Of a stretch of 64,000 nt of DNA, positions 1-10,007 are shown piece by piece. The DNA lies in IMG/VR virus record IMGVR_UViG_3300021399_003033, positions 1 through 64,000 of that record. One strand, 5' to 3'. Each line of letters begins with the position of its first letter. Position 1 is the stretch's first letter. The notes beneath the pieces were generated by a model. That model worked only from the letters and a program-made list of their open reading frames with translations. It had not been told where the DNA came from and made no database searches. Source of the stretch: a virus (lineage: Duplodnaviria; Caudoviricetes). The translations under genes and the position numbers were made by a program.

Positions 1-186
1 ATTAATGGAAAATATATTGAAGGATGGCTTCAAGAGGCTAATAATAAATGGTGGTATGTAATGGAAAACTATACTTATCCATATAATATCATAAAAACAA
101 TAGAAAGTAAAGACTATATATTCGATAGAAATGGTTGGATGGTTACTTCTAATCGTATTAACCCTTCTGGAATTTTAACTTATTAA
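1..186 (+). CDS. 3' end of a protein with cell-wall (choline/glucan)-binding repeats; possibly an endolysin/amidase C-terminus (5'-truncated by the window)
   Basis: Frame 1 reads INGKYIEGWLQEANNKWWYVMENYTYPYNIIKTIESKDYIFDRNGWMVTSNRINPSGILTY-TAA. The GW-x5-KWWY and YxFDxNGWM motifs are typical CW-binding repeats. Followed by a terminator hairpin. Confidence 0.6.
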   Translation: MNGKYIEGWLQEANNKWWYVMENYTYPYNIIKTIESKDYIFDRNGWMVTSNRINPSGILTY

Positions 187-191
187 TTTTT

Positions 192-228
192 AATTGGGAG
201 AATACATAAAGTATTCTCCCAATTTTTT
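192..228 (+). terminator. Intrinsic terminator
   Basis: AATTGGGAGAATAC / GTATTCTCCCAATT inverted repeat followed by a T-run. Confidence 0.75.
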
Positions 229-246
229 ATTTTGGCATTTATTTAG

Positions 247-275
247 TTGATTTTTTAAAAAAAATATAATATAAT
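247..275 (+). promoter_or_regulatory. sigmaA/70-type promoter for the gyrB operon
   Basis: TTGATT-17 nt-TATAAT. Confidence 0.7.
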
Positions 276-281
276 ATATAT

Positions 282-512
282 ATGAGAAAAATAGATGATA
301 GAAAAATAGAAAAAATTATATGTGATGGAAGAGAATATAAAGGGAAAAAACTTTACCTTTTATATCCTTGGAGTAACAATGAATCTCATCCACTTTATTG
401 GTATGGATATACATTTATAGGAATGACAGATGGATGGATTATATTTAATCAAGAAAAATATAATGAAGCAATAAAAATGTTGGAGGAATATGAATGGATA
501 AAGTGGATTTAA
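282..512 (+). CDS. Hypothetical protein (76 aa)
   Basis: ORF immediately downstream of the promoter, overlapping the gyrB start. Confidence 0.55.
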   Translation: MRKIDDRKIEKIICDGREYKGKKLYLLYPWSNNESHPLYWYGYTFIGMTDGWIIFNQEKYNEAIKMLEEYEWIKWI

Positions 513-2407
513 ATTATGGCGTAAAAGACATAAAAACACTTGAAGGCATCGAAGCAATACGTCTTCGTCCAGGTATGTATATTGGTTCAACTGGACCCGA
601 AGGAGTAAAGCAAATTACTCTTGAAATTATATCAAACGCAGTAGACGAATATTTAAATGGATATTGTTCAAGTTGTAGTATTTATGTAGGTGAAGATGAT
701 GATATTACAATTATAGACAATGGAAGAGGAATTCCATTTGGAAAAGCCAAAGATGGCTCAGAAACATTGGAAAATATCTTTACCAAACTTCATACTGGAG
801 CTAAATTCGATAGTTCGGGAAAAACTGGATATAATACTTCGGGTGGTATGAATGGTGTTGGTGCTAAAGCAACTAATGCTCTTTCATATTATTTTAATGT
901 AAGTTCAGTTAGAAATGGTAAAGAAGCAATTATTACATTTAAGCAAGGTAAAAAACAATATTTTGAAGTGAGAAAATGGGATAATAAAGAACATACTCAT
1001 GGAACAAAAATTGATTTTATGCCAGATCCAGAAATTTTTAAGGAAGGAATTACTCTTGATTATAATGATTTAAGAAAACAACTTCAAGAGTTAGCTTATT
1101 TATCTCCTGGATTAGTTTTCCATTTTAAATACAAGAATAAGGATATGGAAGATATAACTTCTAATAGAGGTATTCTTGATTATATTGATGATTTAAATAA
1201 AAATAAAGAAGTTTTAACTTCAGTTTTTTATGCAGAAAATACAGAAGATAGAATTGGCGTTAAAGTTGCTATGAGTTATAATTCAACTTATAGCGATACT
1301 TATAAATTATATACAAATTCTATTCCAAATACAGGTGGTACTCATTTAACAGGATTTAGAACTGCTTTAACACAAACTGTTAATGAATATGCAAGAGATA
1401 ATAAATTTTTAAAAGAAAAAGATGCAAATATTACTGGAGATGAATTAAAAGAAGGATTAACTCTAGTATTAAGTTTTATTATGCCAGATCCAGTTTTCTC
1501 TGGACAGACAAAGGAAGTTTTATCCAGTAGTGAAGCAAGAACAGCAGTTCAAAGACTTGCATCTAAAGAATTAAAAAATTGGTTTGAAAGTCATCCAAAA
1601 GATATAAAGGCAATTATTGAAAAAGCATTACTTGCGCGCGCCGCTCGTGAGAAAGCAAAGAAAGCGAAAGAAACAGTGCGTAAGCAAGATACAAAGAAGA
1701 GAACTGTTTTACCAGGAACTCTTGCAGATGCTAGTTCAAAAAAGCGCTCTGAATGCGAAGTATTTATTGTTGAGGGAAAATCTGCGGCCGGTAGTACTAA
1801 GGAAGCCCGCAATCGAAATACTCAGGCAGTACTTCCCGTTAGAGGTAAGATTCTTAATGTTTTAAAAACAGATCTTCATAAAGCTATGCAGAACCAAGAA
1901 ATCAGTTCTATGATTGATGCTTTTGGATTAGAAGTAAAAGATGGTAAAATCATTGTAGATGAATCTAAACTTCGTTATGGCAAGATTATTATTACCGCAG
2001 ATGCTGATGTAGATGGAAGCCATATTCGCGTTCTTTTCCTTACTTTTATCTGGAAATTTGCACCAGAATTAATTACTAAAGGCTATATTTATGCGGCGGT
2101 TCCTCCACTTTATAAAGTAACAGTAGGTCAAAATATTACTTATTTAAAAGATGATGCTGCACTTGAGGCATATAGAAAAACAGCTAAGAAATCTTTTGAT
2201 CTGGGTCGTATGAAGGGATTAGGCGAAATGGATCCACACGAAATGGCTGAAACTGTTATGAATCCAGAAACAAGAACTCTTAAACAAATTACAATGGATG
2301 ATATAACTGAAGTCGCTAAAACTTTTATGGGACTAATGGGCGAAGCTGTTGCACCTAGACGTGATTTTATTAGTCAAAATGCATGGAGAGCAAATGTCGA
2401 TATCTAA
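494..2407 (+). CDS. gyrB: Type IIA topoisomerase (DNA gyrase) subunit B, 637 aa
   Basis: IRLRPGMYIG, EIISNAVDE, DNGRGIP, GGMNGVG (GHKL ATPase); EGKSA, PVRGKILN, DADVDG (TOPRIM); KGLGEM. No in-frame TAG. Confidence 0.95.
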   Translation: MDKVDLNYGVKDIKTLEGIEAIRLRPGMYIGSTGPEGVKQITLEIISNAVDEYLNGYCSSCSIYVGEDDDITIIDNGRGIPFGKAKDGSETLENIFTKLHTGAKFDSSGKTGYNTSGGMNGVGAKATNALSYYFNVSSVRNGKEAIITFKQGKKQYFEVRKWDNKEHTHGTKIDFMPDPEIFKEGITLDYNDLRKQLQELAYLSPGLVFHFKYKNKDMEDITSNRGILDYIDDLNKNKEVLTSVFYAENTEDRIGVKVAMSYNSTYSDTYKLYTNSIPNTGGTHLTGFRTALTQTVNEYARDNKFLKEKDANITGDELKEGLTLVLSFIMPDPVFSGQTKEVLSSSEARTAVQRLASKELKNWFESHPKDIKAIIEKALLARAAREKAKKAKETVRKQDTKKRTVLPGTLADASSKKRSECEVFIVEGKSAAGSTKEARNRNTQAVLPVRGKILNVLKTDLHKAMQNQEISSMIDAFGLEVKDGKIIVDESKLRYGKIIITADADVDGSHIRVLFLTFIWKFAPELITKGYIYAAVPPLYKVTVGQNITYLKDDAALEAYRKTAKKSFDLGRMKGLGEMDPHEMAETVMNPETRTLKQITMDDITEVAKTFMGLMGEAVAPRRDFISQNAWRANVDI

Positions 2408-2627
2408 AGAAGAAAATATTACTCAAATTATAGATGGAATTAAACTATCTACTTTTTCTCCAAAAGAAGGAGAAACAATATTTATAACAGTAGATTCAAA
2501 TGAACTTGATTTATATACAAGACAAAAAATTTTTGAAGCAATTAATCAATTATTTCCATCACATAATATATGCCTTAAAGAAAAAGGTATAACTTTAGAA
2601 TCTCAAATGGAGGATGATTTAAAGTGA
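2394..2627 (+). CDS. Hypothetical protein (77 aa)
   Basis: ATG at 2394 overlaps the gyrB end; its stop overlaps the GTG of the next gene. Confidence 0.55.
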   Translation: MSISKEENITQIIDGIKLSTFSPKEGETIFITVDSNELDLYTRQKIFEAINQLFPSHNICLKEKGITLESQMEDDLK

Positions 2628-3130
2628 TTATATATACAGATGGAAGTGCAAATCCAAATCCTGGACCTGGTGGATATGGTATTGTAATACTTGATAATGA
2701 TGAAAATTTATTATATAGTATATCAAGAAGATTTAAATATACAACAAATAATGAGATGGAATTAAAAGCAATATTAACAGCTTTTATTCTTTATGGAACA
2801 AAAAATAAAGAAGATATTTCTACAATTTATACCGATTCAGAATATTCAAGAAAAACATTTACAGAATGGATGTTTAATTGGGCAAAAAATGATTGGTTAA
2901 ATTCTAAAAAGAAGACTCCAGAAAATATTAATATTATAACAGATTTTTATTAGATGTGGAATGAAGGCTATCGAATTAATATTGAAAGAGTTCAAGGTCA
3001 TTCTAATCATAAATGGAATGATTTAGCAGATTCTCTTGCTGGAGGAACTGGAAAAATTATTATAGATAAAGGTTTTAGTGAATTATTAGAAAATCGAATT
3101 AATATATTACAAAAAGAAGGATTGTTATGA
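2624..3130 (+). CDS. rnhA: Ribonuclease HI, 168 aa (one TAG=Gln at 2951-2953)
   Basis: YTDGSA, TNNEMEL, IYTDS. The C-terminal motif ERVQGHSNHKWNDLADSLA (last catalytic Asp) lies downstream of the TAG, and the TGA at 3128-3130 overlaps the next ATG (ATGA). Confidence 0.9.
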
Positions 3131-3471
3131 ATAAAAACTGTCCTAATTGTGGTGCCCCATATGATGTTGGCTTAAATAAGTGTCCATATTGTGGAACATC
3201 ATATTTCGACATGAGTGCTATTGATTTTGAAAATGGAGAACCTTTCTATTTAAAAATTAAAATGAATAATATAATTATTACTCAACTTGTTAAACCTGTA
3301 TTAAATGATATGATAATAGAATATGAAAATACTTATATTACAGGAGGTTGTAGTAATACAACGATAGCAGCTTATAATACAGAACCACGAGCAATAACAA
3401 ATATAAATTTTGAAGCTATACCAGATAAAAAAAATAATAATACGTTAGTAATGATAAAAAAGGAAAAATAA
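3127..3471 (+). CDS. Zinc-ribbon protein (114 aa)
   Basis: CPNCG-x9-CPYCG at the N-terminus. Confidence 0.65.
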   Translation: MNKNCPNCGAPYDVGLNKCPYCGTSYFDMSAIDFENGEPFYLKIKMNNIIITQLVKPVLNDMIIEYENTYITGGCSNTTIAAYNTEPRAITNINFEAIPDKKNNNTLVMIKKEK

Positions 3472-5844
3472 ATGGAAAATATAATTCAAACACCGATTAT
3501 ACCAGAAGTTGAACAAAGCTTTCTTGATTATAGTCTAAGTGTTATTACTGATAGAGCATTACCTTCTGCGGAAGATGGGCTCAAGCCAGTAGCAAGACGA
3601 ATCCTTTATGATATGTTCGATAAAGGATATATGAATAATAAGAAATTTGTTAAGTGCGCGCAGCCTGTTGGTGATACAATGGGTAGATTTCATCCGCATG
3701 GTGATTCTAGTATTTACGGAGCATTGGTGTGGTTATCTCAACCTTGGAATATGAGATACCCACTTATTGATTTCCATGGAAATAATGGATCTCGCGATGG
3801 TGATGAGCCGGCCGCATATAGATATACAGAATGTAAACTTTCTAAAGCTGGTGAAGAAATGCTGGCTGATATAAAGAAAGATACAATAGATTGGATGAAT
3901 GCTTATACTGATGAAGAGCAAGAACCAGTTTATCTTCCAGGTAAAATTCCAAATCTTTTAGTCAATGGAACAACTGGTATTGCTGTTGGTATGGCTTGTT
4001 CTTTTGCACCTCATAATTTAAAAGAAATTATGGATGCAGCAATTCATGTTCTTTTATATCCTGAATGTGATATTAAAGAATTGCTTGAAATTGTAACTGG
4101 TCCTGACTTTCCTACTGGAGGTTTGCTTATTAATAAAGATGAATTAACTACAGCTTATCTCACAGGAAAAGGAAGAGCAAGAGTTAGAGGCGAATATCAT
4201 ATTGAATCTGATAAAAATGGAGATACAATAGTATTTGATAGTATTCCATATAAAGTATCAAAAGATAATTTAACTATTGAATTAGATAAGCTTTGTGAAG
4301 CAGGTGAGCTTAATGGCGTAACAACTATTAGAGATGAAACTAATGCTCAAGGTGTTAGATTTGTAATTGAGCTTGCTAAAGGTGTTTCAGCAGAACCAAT
4401 TATTAAAAAGATTTATGCTAAAACAAAATTAGAAGATACATATAGTTTTAATCAAGTCGCTCTTGTAGATAAAAAACCAAGACTACTTAATTTAAAGCAA
4501 CTTCTTGTAAATTATATTGAGCATCAAAGAGATGTTTTAATTCGTAAATCTAAATTTGAATATGCAAAAGCTGAAGCAAGAGCACATATTCTGCAAGGCT
4601 TATTAAAAGCACTTGAAGATATTGATAATATTATTCAATTAATTAAGAAATCAGAAAGTGCAGCAAAGGCAAAAGAAAACTTAATTTCTAAATATACTTT
4701 TACAGAACCACAAGCAAAAGCAATTTTGGATATGAAATTAAGTAAATTAGCAAATCTTGAAAAAATAGAAATTCAAAATGAATATAATGAAAAAATTGCT
4801 GAAATGGTAACTTTATCAGCAATTATTAAAGATCCTACTCCAGCTTTAACAAATCTTTTTGATGAAATTAAGCAAAAATTTGGAGATGAGAGAAGAACAA
4901 AAATTACTCAAGTTTCTGAATCTAAAGAAGAAAAAGAAATTGAATTTATTGAACCAGAAAAATGTGTTGTCGTGATGAGTGAAGATGGATTAATTAAAAG
5001 AATTCCTTCTTCTAGTTTTAGAACACAGCATAGAAATGGTAAAGGCGTTAAAACTCTTGGAGATATTACTTCTGCTGTAATAAAAACAAATACGATTGAT
5101 TCTTTAATGGTATTTACAAATAAAGGAAAAATGTATCGTATTTTAGTTAATGATATTCCAGTAGGAACAAATGCAACAAAAGGACAGAGTATTAAGTCTT
5201 TAATTGCAATGGATACGAATGAAGAAGCAACTTTAATTTATTCTATTTATAGAGATACAAATGCTAAATATATTTTATTTGTAACTAAAAATGGTGTTAT
5301 TAAAAAGACTTCTTTAGATGAATATACAAAGACTAAGAAAAAGACAGGAATTGCGGCGATTGGTCTCAAGGAAGGAGATACTCTAGCTTCAGTGGGACTT
5401 TGTTCTGATGAAGATTTGATTCTTCTTACTCATGAAGGTATGGGAATTAAAATTAGTTTAAAAGAAATTCCTACTTCTTCAAGAACTGCAATGGGTATTA
5501 AGGGTATTACTCTTAAAGAAGATGATTATGTGGTTGCGGCCTTGCCTGTGAGACACACAACAGACCAGCTTGCAATCTTCGCAGAGTCGGGTCTCGGCAA
5601 GAAAATTAAGTTAGAAGAACTTCCTGTACAGAAGCGCGCAGGAAAAGGATTAATGGTTTATAAACCAACATCTTCTTCTGGAAAAATTGTTTGTGGTACA
5701 TTAGTAGAAGATTCTGATATGATTCTTCTTATTGGCCCTCTTAATTCAATATGTATTTCCGCAAAAGATATTCCTCTTTTATCTAGACCTTCTCTTGGAA
5801 ATATCATGATGAAAGGTGTTATAAATTCTGTTACTAAAGTATAA
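3472..5844 (+). CDS. gyrA: DNA gyrase subunit A, 790 aa
   Basis: DGLKPVARR, FHPHGDS, AAYRYTE (catalytic Tyr), and C-terminal beta-pinwheel repeats with GyrA-box-like QHRNGKG and QKRAGKG. No TAG. Confidence 0.93.
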   Translation: MENIIQTPIIPEVEQSFLDYSLSVITDRALPSAEDGLKPVARRILYDMFDKGYMNNKKFVKCAQPVGDTMGRFHPHGDSSIYGALVWLSQPWNMRYPLIDFHGNNGSRDGDEPAAYRYTECKLSKAGEEMLADIKKDTIDWMNAYTDEEQEPVYLPGKIPNLLVNGTTGIAVGMACSFAPHNLKEIMDAAIHVLLYPECDIKELLEIVTGPDFPTGGLLINKDELTTAYLTGKGRARVRGEYHIESDKNGDTIVFDSIPYKVSKDNLTIELDKLCEAGELNGVTTIRDETNAQGVRFVIELAKGVSAEPIIKKIYAKTKLEDTYSFNQVALVDKKPRLLNLKQLLVNYIEHQRDVLIRKSKFEYAKAEARAHILQGLLKALEDIDNIIQLIKKSESAAKAKENLISKYTFTEPQAKAILDMKLSKLANLEKIEIQNEYNEKIAEMVTLSAIIKDPTPALTNLFDEIKQKFGDERRTKITQVSESKEEKEIEFIEPEKCVVVMSEDGLIKRIPSSSFRTQHRNGKGVKTLGDITSAVIKTNTIDSLMVFTNKGKMYRILVNDIPVGTNATKGQSIKSLIAMDTNEEATLIYSIYRDTNAKYILFVTKNGVIKKTSLDEYTKTKKKTGIAAIGLKEGDTLASVGLCSDEDLILLTHEGMGIKISLKEIPTSSRTAMGIKGITLKEDDYVVAALPVRHTTDQLAIFAESGLGKKIKLEELPVQKRAGKGLMVYKPTSSSGKIVCGTLVEDSDMILLIGPLNSICISAKDIPLLSRPSLGNIMMKGVINSVTKV

Positions 5845-5846
5845 TT

Positions 5847-5871
5847 ATAAGGAAGCTTAAAGCTTCCTTAT
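5847..5871 (+). terminator. Hairpin after gyrA
   Basis: ATAAGGAAGCT-TAA-AGCTTCCTTAT perfect inverted repeat. Confidence 0.55.
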
Positions 5872-5873
5872 GG

Positions 5874-5904
5874 TTGATTTTTTATAAAAAAAAATATATA
5901 TAAT
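5874..5904 (+). promoter_or_regulatory. sigmaA-type promoter for ligA
   Basis: TTGATT-17-TATATA (TATAAT at a 19-nt spacer). Confidence 0.6.
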
Positions 5905-5931
5905 TTAAGAAATAAAATTTGAGGAAATTTT

Positions 5932-7884
5932 ATGACAAAATCAGAAGAAAAAATTAGACAATTAATTGATTTGTTAAATTCTACTACTGCACTATATGAT
6001 AGTGGACATACTATTCTTACAGATGAAGAATGGGATGAAAAATATTTTGAATTACAAAAATTAGAAAAAGAAACTGGTATTATTTTTAAAGATTCTCCCA
6101 CGCAACAAATTAATTATAGTACAGTAACTGCTTTAAAAAAAATTGAACATAATCATCCAATGCTTTCATTAGATAAAACAAAAGATTTGGCCGAAATAAA
6201 AGCTTTTCTTAGTAAGAAAGATTTTATTGCAATGGCTAAAATGGATGGTTTAACTTGTTCTTTAACTTATGAAAATGGAAAATTAGTTCGAGCAGAAACA
6301 AGAGGTAATGGTACTATTGGTGAAGATATTCTTCACAATGCAGAAGTAATTCCTTCTATTCCAAAGCGTATTAATTATAAAGATCAGGTCATTATTGACG
6401 GAGAAATTATTTGTACATATTCTGATTTTGAAACATTCTCAACAGAATATAAAAATCCTCGTAATTTTGCTTCTGGTAGTATTAGATTACTTAATTCAAA
6501 AGAATGTGAAAAACGAAAATTAAAATTTATTGTTTGGGATATTATTAAGCCATTTAATAATATATCTAATGAAATTATTGTTCAATTAGCTAAAGCAAAA
6601 ACATTAGGTTTTACCATATGTCCCTTTGATTTTGATGATGAAATTGAAAATCTTGTTGAAAAGATAAAAAAAGAATGTCAAGAATTATCTTATCCAATAG
6701 ATGGAATTGTATTTAAATTTAGAGATTTATCTTTAAGAGAAAAATTAGGATATACATCCCATCATTTTAAAAATGCTATTGCTTATAAATTTTATGATGA
6801 AATTTATGAAACAAGATTAAAAAGAATTAGTTGGACGATGGGTAGAACAGGAGTTTTAACTCCAGTGGCAGTTTTTGATCCAATAGATATGGATGGTTCT
6901 ATTGTTGAAAGAGCTAGTTTACATAATGTTTCTGTAATGAGAGAAATTCTTGGCGATTGCGCATATGTGGGTGAACATTTGCAAGTATATAAAGCAAATA
7001 TGATTATTCCACAAATTGCTTCAGCTGGACCTCATTATGACTATGGATATGTTGTTTCTCATGGTGGTGTTTCTGCAAATGATTCTCCAGAGTATTGTCC
7101 CATATGTTGCGGAATAGTTAGTTATAAAGATAATAATGGTGTTGTGACGCTTGAATGCGACAACCCTTATTGCGAAGGTAAAATTCTCAATAGACTTGAA
7201 CATTTTGCCAGTAAAAAAGGATTGGATATAAAAGGGCTGTCTCTGGCGACATTTGAAAAATTACTTGATTGGAAATGGATTGAATCTTTAATAGATATTT
7301 TTAAATTAAAAGAACATCGAGAGGAATGGATATCTAAACCAGGATTTGGTGTTGCTTCTGTTGATAAAATTTTAAATTCTATTGAAGAAAGTAAAAATAC
7401 TACATTAGATGCTTTTATTGCATCTTTAGGAATCCCTCTTATTGGAAATACAGTATCAAAAGAATTAATTAAATATTTTAAAACATATGATGAATTTAAA
7501 GATGCTGTAAATGATGATACATATCATTTTTCCATAATAGATGGATTTGGTCCAGAAATGGATAACGAATTAAAATATTTTGATTATTCTGAAGCTGATG
7601 AAATATATCATTTATTAAATATAAAAATTCCAGAAGAAAAAGAAGAAAATTTAAAACTAAAAGATTTAACTTTTGTTATTACAGGAAAATTAAAAAAATA
7701 TAAAAATCGTGCGGAACTTATTGATGTGATCTCTCAAGCTGGAGGTAAAGTTGCTAGTTCTGTTAGCGGTAAAACTAATTATTTAATTAATAATGATATT
7801 ACCTCTAATTCTTCAAAGAATTTAACTGCTAAAAAGCTGGGTGTTAAGATTATAACAGAAGAAGATTTTGAAAAAATATTTTGA
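5932..7884 (+). CDS. ligA: NAD-dependent DNA ligase, 650 aa
   Basis: HPMLSLDK, KMDG adenylation motif, TRGNG, NPRNFASGS, DGIV, AIAYKF, GRTG, C4 zinc finger, HhH repeats and a C-terminal BRCT (FVITG...VSGKTNYLI). No TAG. Confidence 0.95.
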   Translation: MTKSEEKIRQLIDLLNSTTALYDSGHTILTDEEWDEKYFELQKLEKETGIIFKDSPTQQINYSTVTALKKIEHNHPMLSLDKTKDLAEIKAFLSKKDFIAMAKMDGLTCSLTYENGKLVRAETRGNGTIGEDILHNAEVIPSIPKRINYKDQVIIDGEIICTYSDFETFSTEYKNPRNFASGSIRLLNSKECEKRKLKFIVWDIIKPFNNISNEIIVQLAKAKTLGFTICPFDFDDEIENLVEKIKKECQELSYPIDGIVFKFRDLSLREKLGYTSHHFKNAIAYKFYDEIYETRLKRISWTMGRTGVLTPVAVFDPIDMDGSIVERASLHNVSVMREILGDCAYVGEHLQVYKANMIIPQIASAGPHYDYGYVVSHGGVSANDSPEYCPICCGIVSYKDNNGVVTLECDNPYCEGKILNRLEHFASKKGLDIKGLSLATFEKLLDWKWIESLIDIFKLKEHREEWISKPGFGVASVDKILNSIEESKNTTLDAFIASLGIPLIGNTVSKELIKYFKTYDEFKDAVNDDTYHFSIIDGFGPEMDNELKYFDYSEADEIYHLLNIKIPEEKEENLKLKDLTFVITGKLKKYKNRAELIDVISQAGGKVASSVSGKTNYLINNDITSNSSKNLTAKKLGVKIITEEDFEKIF

Positions 7885-7909
7885 CATTAAAAAAAATAAA
7901 TGATATATA
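7881..7909 (+). promoter_or_regulatory. sigmaA-type promoter (extended -10)
   Basis: TTGACA-17-TATATA with a TG extension; the -35 box contains the ligA TGA stop. Confidence 0.65.
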
Positions 7910-7922
7910 AAAAAGGAATTAA

Positions 7923-8126
7923 ATGAAAACTAAAGAAATCAAAGAACTTGCTAAAAAAATTGCAAAAGAAGAATTTATATTAAGACATAGTGAAGATGAA
8001 AATAAAATTGCTGAAGCAAAAGGTAACATTCTTTATTATTCTAATTTAATAACTTCAATAGAAGACATGGCTGCAATTGATGATAAAGTAGTAAAAATAT
8101 TAAATAAAATGGAAGCAAGTATTTGA
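7923..8126 (+). CDS. Hypothetical protein (67 aa)
   Basis: ORF preceded by AAGGA and a promoter. Confidence 0.6.
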   Translation: MKTKEIKELAKKIAKEEFILRHSEDENKIAEAKGNILYYSNLITSIEDMAAIDDKVVKILNKMEASI

Positions 8127-8151
8127 CAAAAAAACAAAATTTTTGTATATT
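8123..8151 (+). promoter_or_regulatory. sigmaA-type promoter
   Basis: TTGACA-17-TATATT. Confidence 0.65.
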
Positions 8152-8204
8152 AAAATTACAAAAAAACATTAAAAAAAAATTTATTTTTAAAGGAGATTAA
8201 AACA

Positions 8205-8477
8205 ATGGCAATGAAGGAAAATAGCCGTAAGGTTCTTGAGTATTTAAAGCAGATTAATGGAGCAAATGTTACTGCACAGGATGTAGCTGATGTATTAGGT
8301 CTTGAAAAGAGAAGCGTTGATGGTATTTTTACCTCTGCAATTCAGAGAAAGGGTCTTGGAGTTCGTACACCTGCAGAGGTTGAGCTTGAGGATGGATCTC
8401 ATAAGCAGGTTAAGTTCTTATCTCTTACCCCGGCAGGAATGGCCTTTGATCCAGATGCTGAAGAGGATGCTGAGTAA
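8205..8477 (+). CDS. Small winged-helix DNA-binding protein (90 aa)
   Basis: KVLEYLK...VTAQDVADVLGLEKRSVDGIF helix-turn-helix, wing LSLTPAG, acidic tail; strong AAGGAG RBS. Confidence 0.65.
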   Translation: MAMKENSRKVLEYLKQINGANVTAQDVADVLGLEKRSVDGIFTSAIQRKGLGVRTPAEVELEDGSHKQVKFLSLTPAGMAFDPDAEEDAE

Positions 8478-8503
8478 TTAATAATATAGTAAAACTGTTT
8501 TTG

Positions 8504-8536
8504 ATGGGGTAAGTAAAACTTACCCCTTATTTTTTA
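8504..8536 (+). terminator. Intrinsic terminator
   Basis: GGGGTAAG-TAAAA-CTTACCCC followed by TTATTTTTT. Confidence 0.75.
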
Positions 8537-8539
8537 AAT

Positions 8540-9544
8540 ATGGTTAATATTATTATAGGAATTGTATTTGGAATCTTAATTACATTAATTATTTTTTATC
8601 CTAAATATAAGAAAAAAGTTTAGTTAGATGAAGATAAAGTTAAATAGAATATAAAATTAATAAAAGAAATTGATATAAAACAAAATGAATTAAATACATT
8701 AGATCTTTTAAATTCAGAAAAAGAAAAACGTAATTAGGATTTATAGAAAAGAATTGTAGATGCTACATAGCAATTAACTTAGATTGATAATTAGGCAGCT
8801 GAAGCCGCTGAAAATTATAAGAAAATTCACATAGATAAAGCAGAAGCTGAAATTAAATTAAAAGAAAAAAATTTAGATTTAGAATTTTAGAATTATAAAA
8901 AATTTATTAATGAATCTAAAGATGAAGCAATAAAAGAATATTTAATTACTTTAAGTGATTTAGTAAAATATTATTAGGATAAAATTACTAAATATTCTGT
9001 TTCTACTGCGGAAGCCGCTAAAAAACTCACAGAGTTGCAATCAAAAGTAGATGCAGCGGTCGCCGCAAACAAACGTCAATTTGAAGAAGAAAATCAAAAA
9101 GATTTTTATCGTTTAATTATAGCTGAAGAAGATTTAAAAGAAATTTCTAAAATTAGAGAAATTATTCCTTATTTACGAAATCCAGAACCATTAAATAAAG
9201 TTATATATAAATATTATTATGAAAAACCTTATAATGATTTAATTGGTCGAGTATTAGGTTCAAAGATTCATACAGGCATTTATAAAATAACTAATTTAAA
9301 TAATGGTTTATGTTATGTTGGACAAGCAGTTAATGTCGCTGATAGATGGCGACAACATATTAAACGAGGTCTGGGCGCAGAAGCTCCTACGCAAAATAAA
9401 TTATATCCAGCAATGTTAAAAGAAGGAGTAGAAAATTTTTCTTTTGAATTAATTGAAGATTGTGATAGAATTAAGTTAAATGAACGAGAAGATTATTGGC
9501 AAGAATATTTTAAAGCAAAGGAGTTTGGTTATAGTATAAAATGA
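8540..9544 (+). CDS. Membrane-anchored coiled-coil protein with a C-terminal GIY-YIG nuclease, 334 aa (9 TAG=Gln)
   Basis: MVNIIIGIVFGILITLIIFYP transmembrane segment and a K/E-rich coiled coil, open in frame to the 9035-9544 ORF with only TAG interruptions; GIYKITNLNNGLCYVGQA...RWRQH...E-x-YW motifs. Confidence 0.8.
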
Positions 9545-9837
9545 AAATTAAAGTATTTACAACTGATAAAAATAATAAAATCCATCTTTCAAAAGATGAG
9601 CTTCAAGAAATTATTAATGAGGCTTATTGGGAAGGATATTATAATGGAATTAAAAGTGGAAAAACTTGGACTATAAATACACCATTTACAACAACACCAT
9701 ATTATACATGGTCTACTACAACAAATGATTCTTCTTCATTAACTATTGGAGCAGATACTCAAATAACATCTGATTCAATAACAATAAATGCTACAAACCC
9801 ATATGCAAATATTTGTTTAGGAGATGATTGTAAATAA
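9541..9837 (+). CDS. Hypothetical protein (98 aa)
   Basis: ATGA overlap with the upstream gene; Thr-rich C-terminus. Confidence 0.6.
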   Translation: MKIKVFTTDKNNKIHLSKDELQEIINEAYWEGYYNGIKSGKTWTINTPFTTTPYYTWSTTTNDSSSLTIGADTQITSDSITINATNPYANICLGDDCK

Positions 9838-9839
9838 TT

Positions 9840-10007
9840 ATGAAAAAAATTGAAATTACTTTTAAAGATGGTGGATTAAGAACTTGGGATTCTGAAGATT
9901 ATACAGATTATATTTTTCAAAAGCCAAATTTTTTTATTGTAATTAATGGTAGTTAGTGGGTTGGTATTTATAATCTTGATGAAATAAAGGAAATTATTGT
10001 AAAATGA
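9840..10007 (+). CDS. Hypothetical protein (55 aa, one TAG=Gln)
   Basis: MKKIEITFKDGGLRTWDSEDY...; its TGA overlaps the ATG at 10004 (ATGA). Confidence 0.6.

Noticed and set aside
9035-9544. Free-standing or intron-encoded GIY-YIG homing endonuclease
   Set aside because: It is in frame with an upstream transmembrane/coiled-coil region, lacks a typical DNA-binding tail, and interrupts no host gene.
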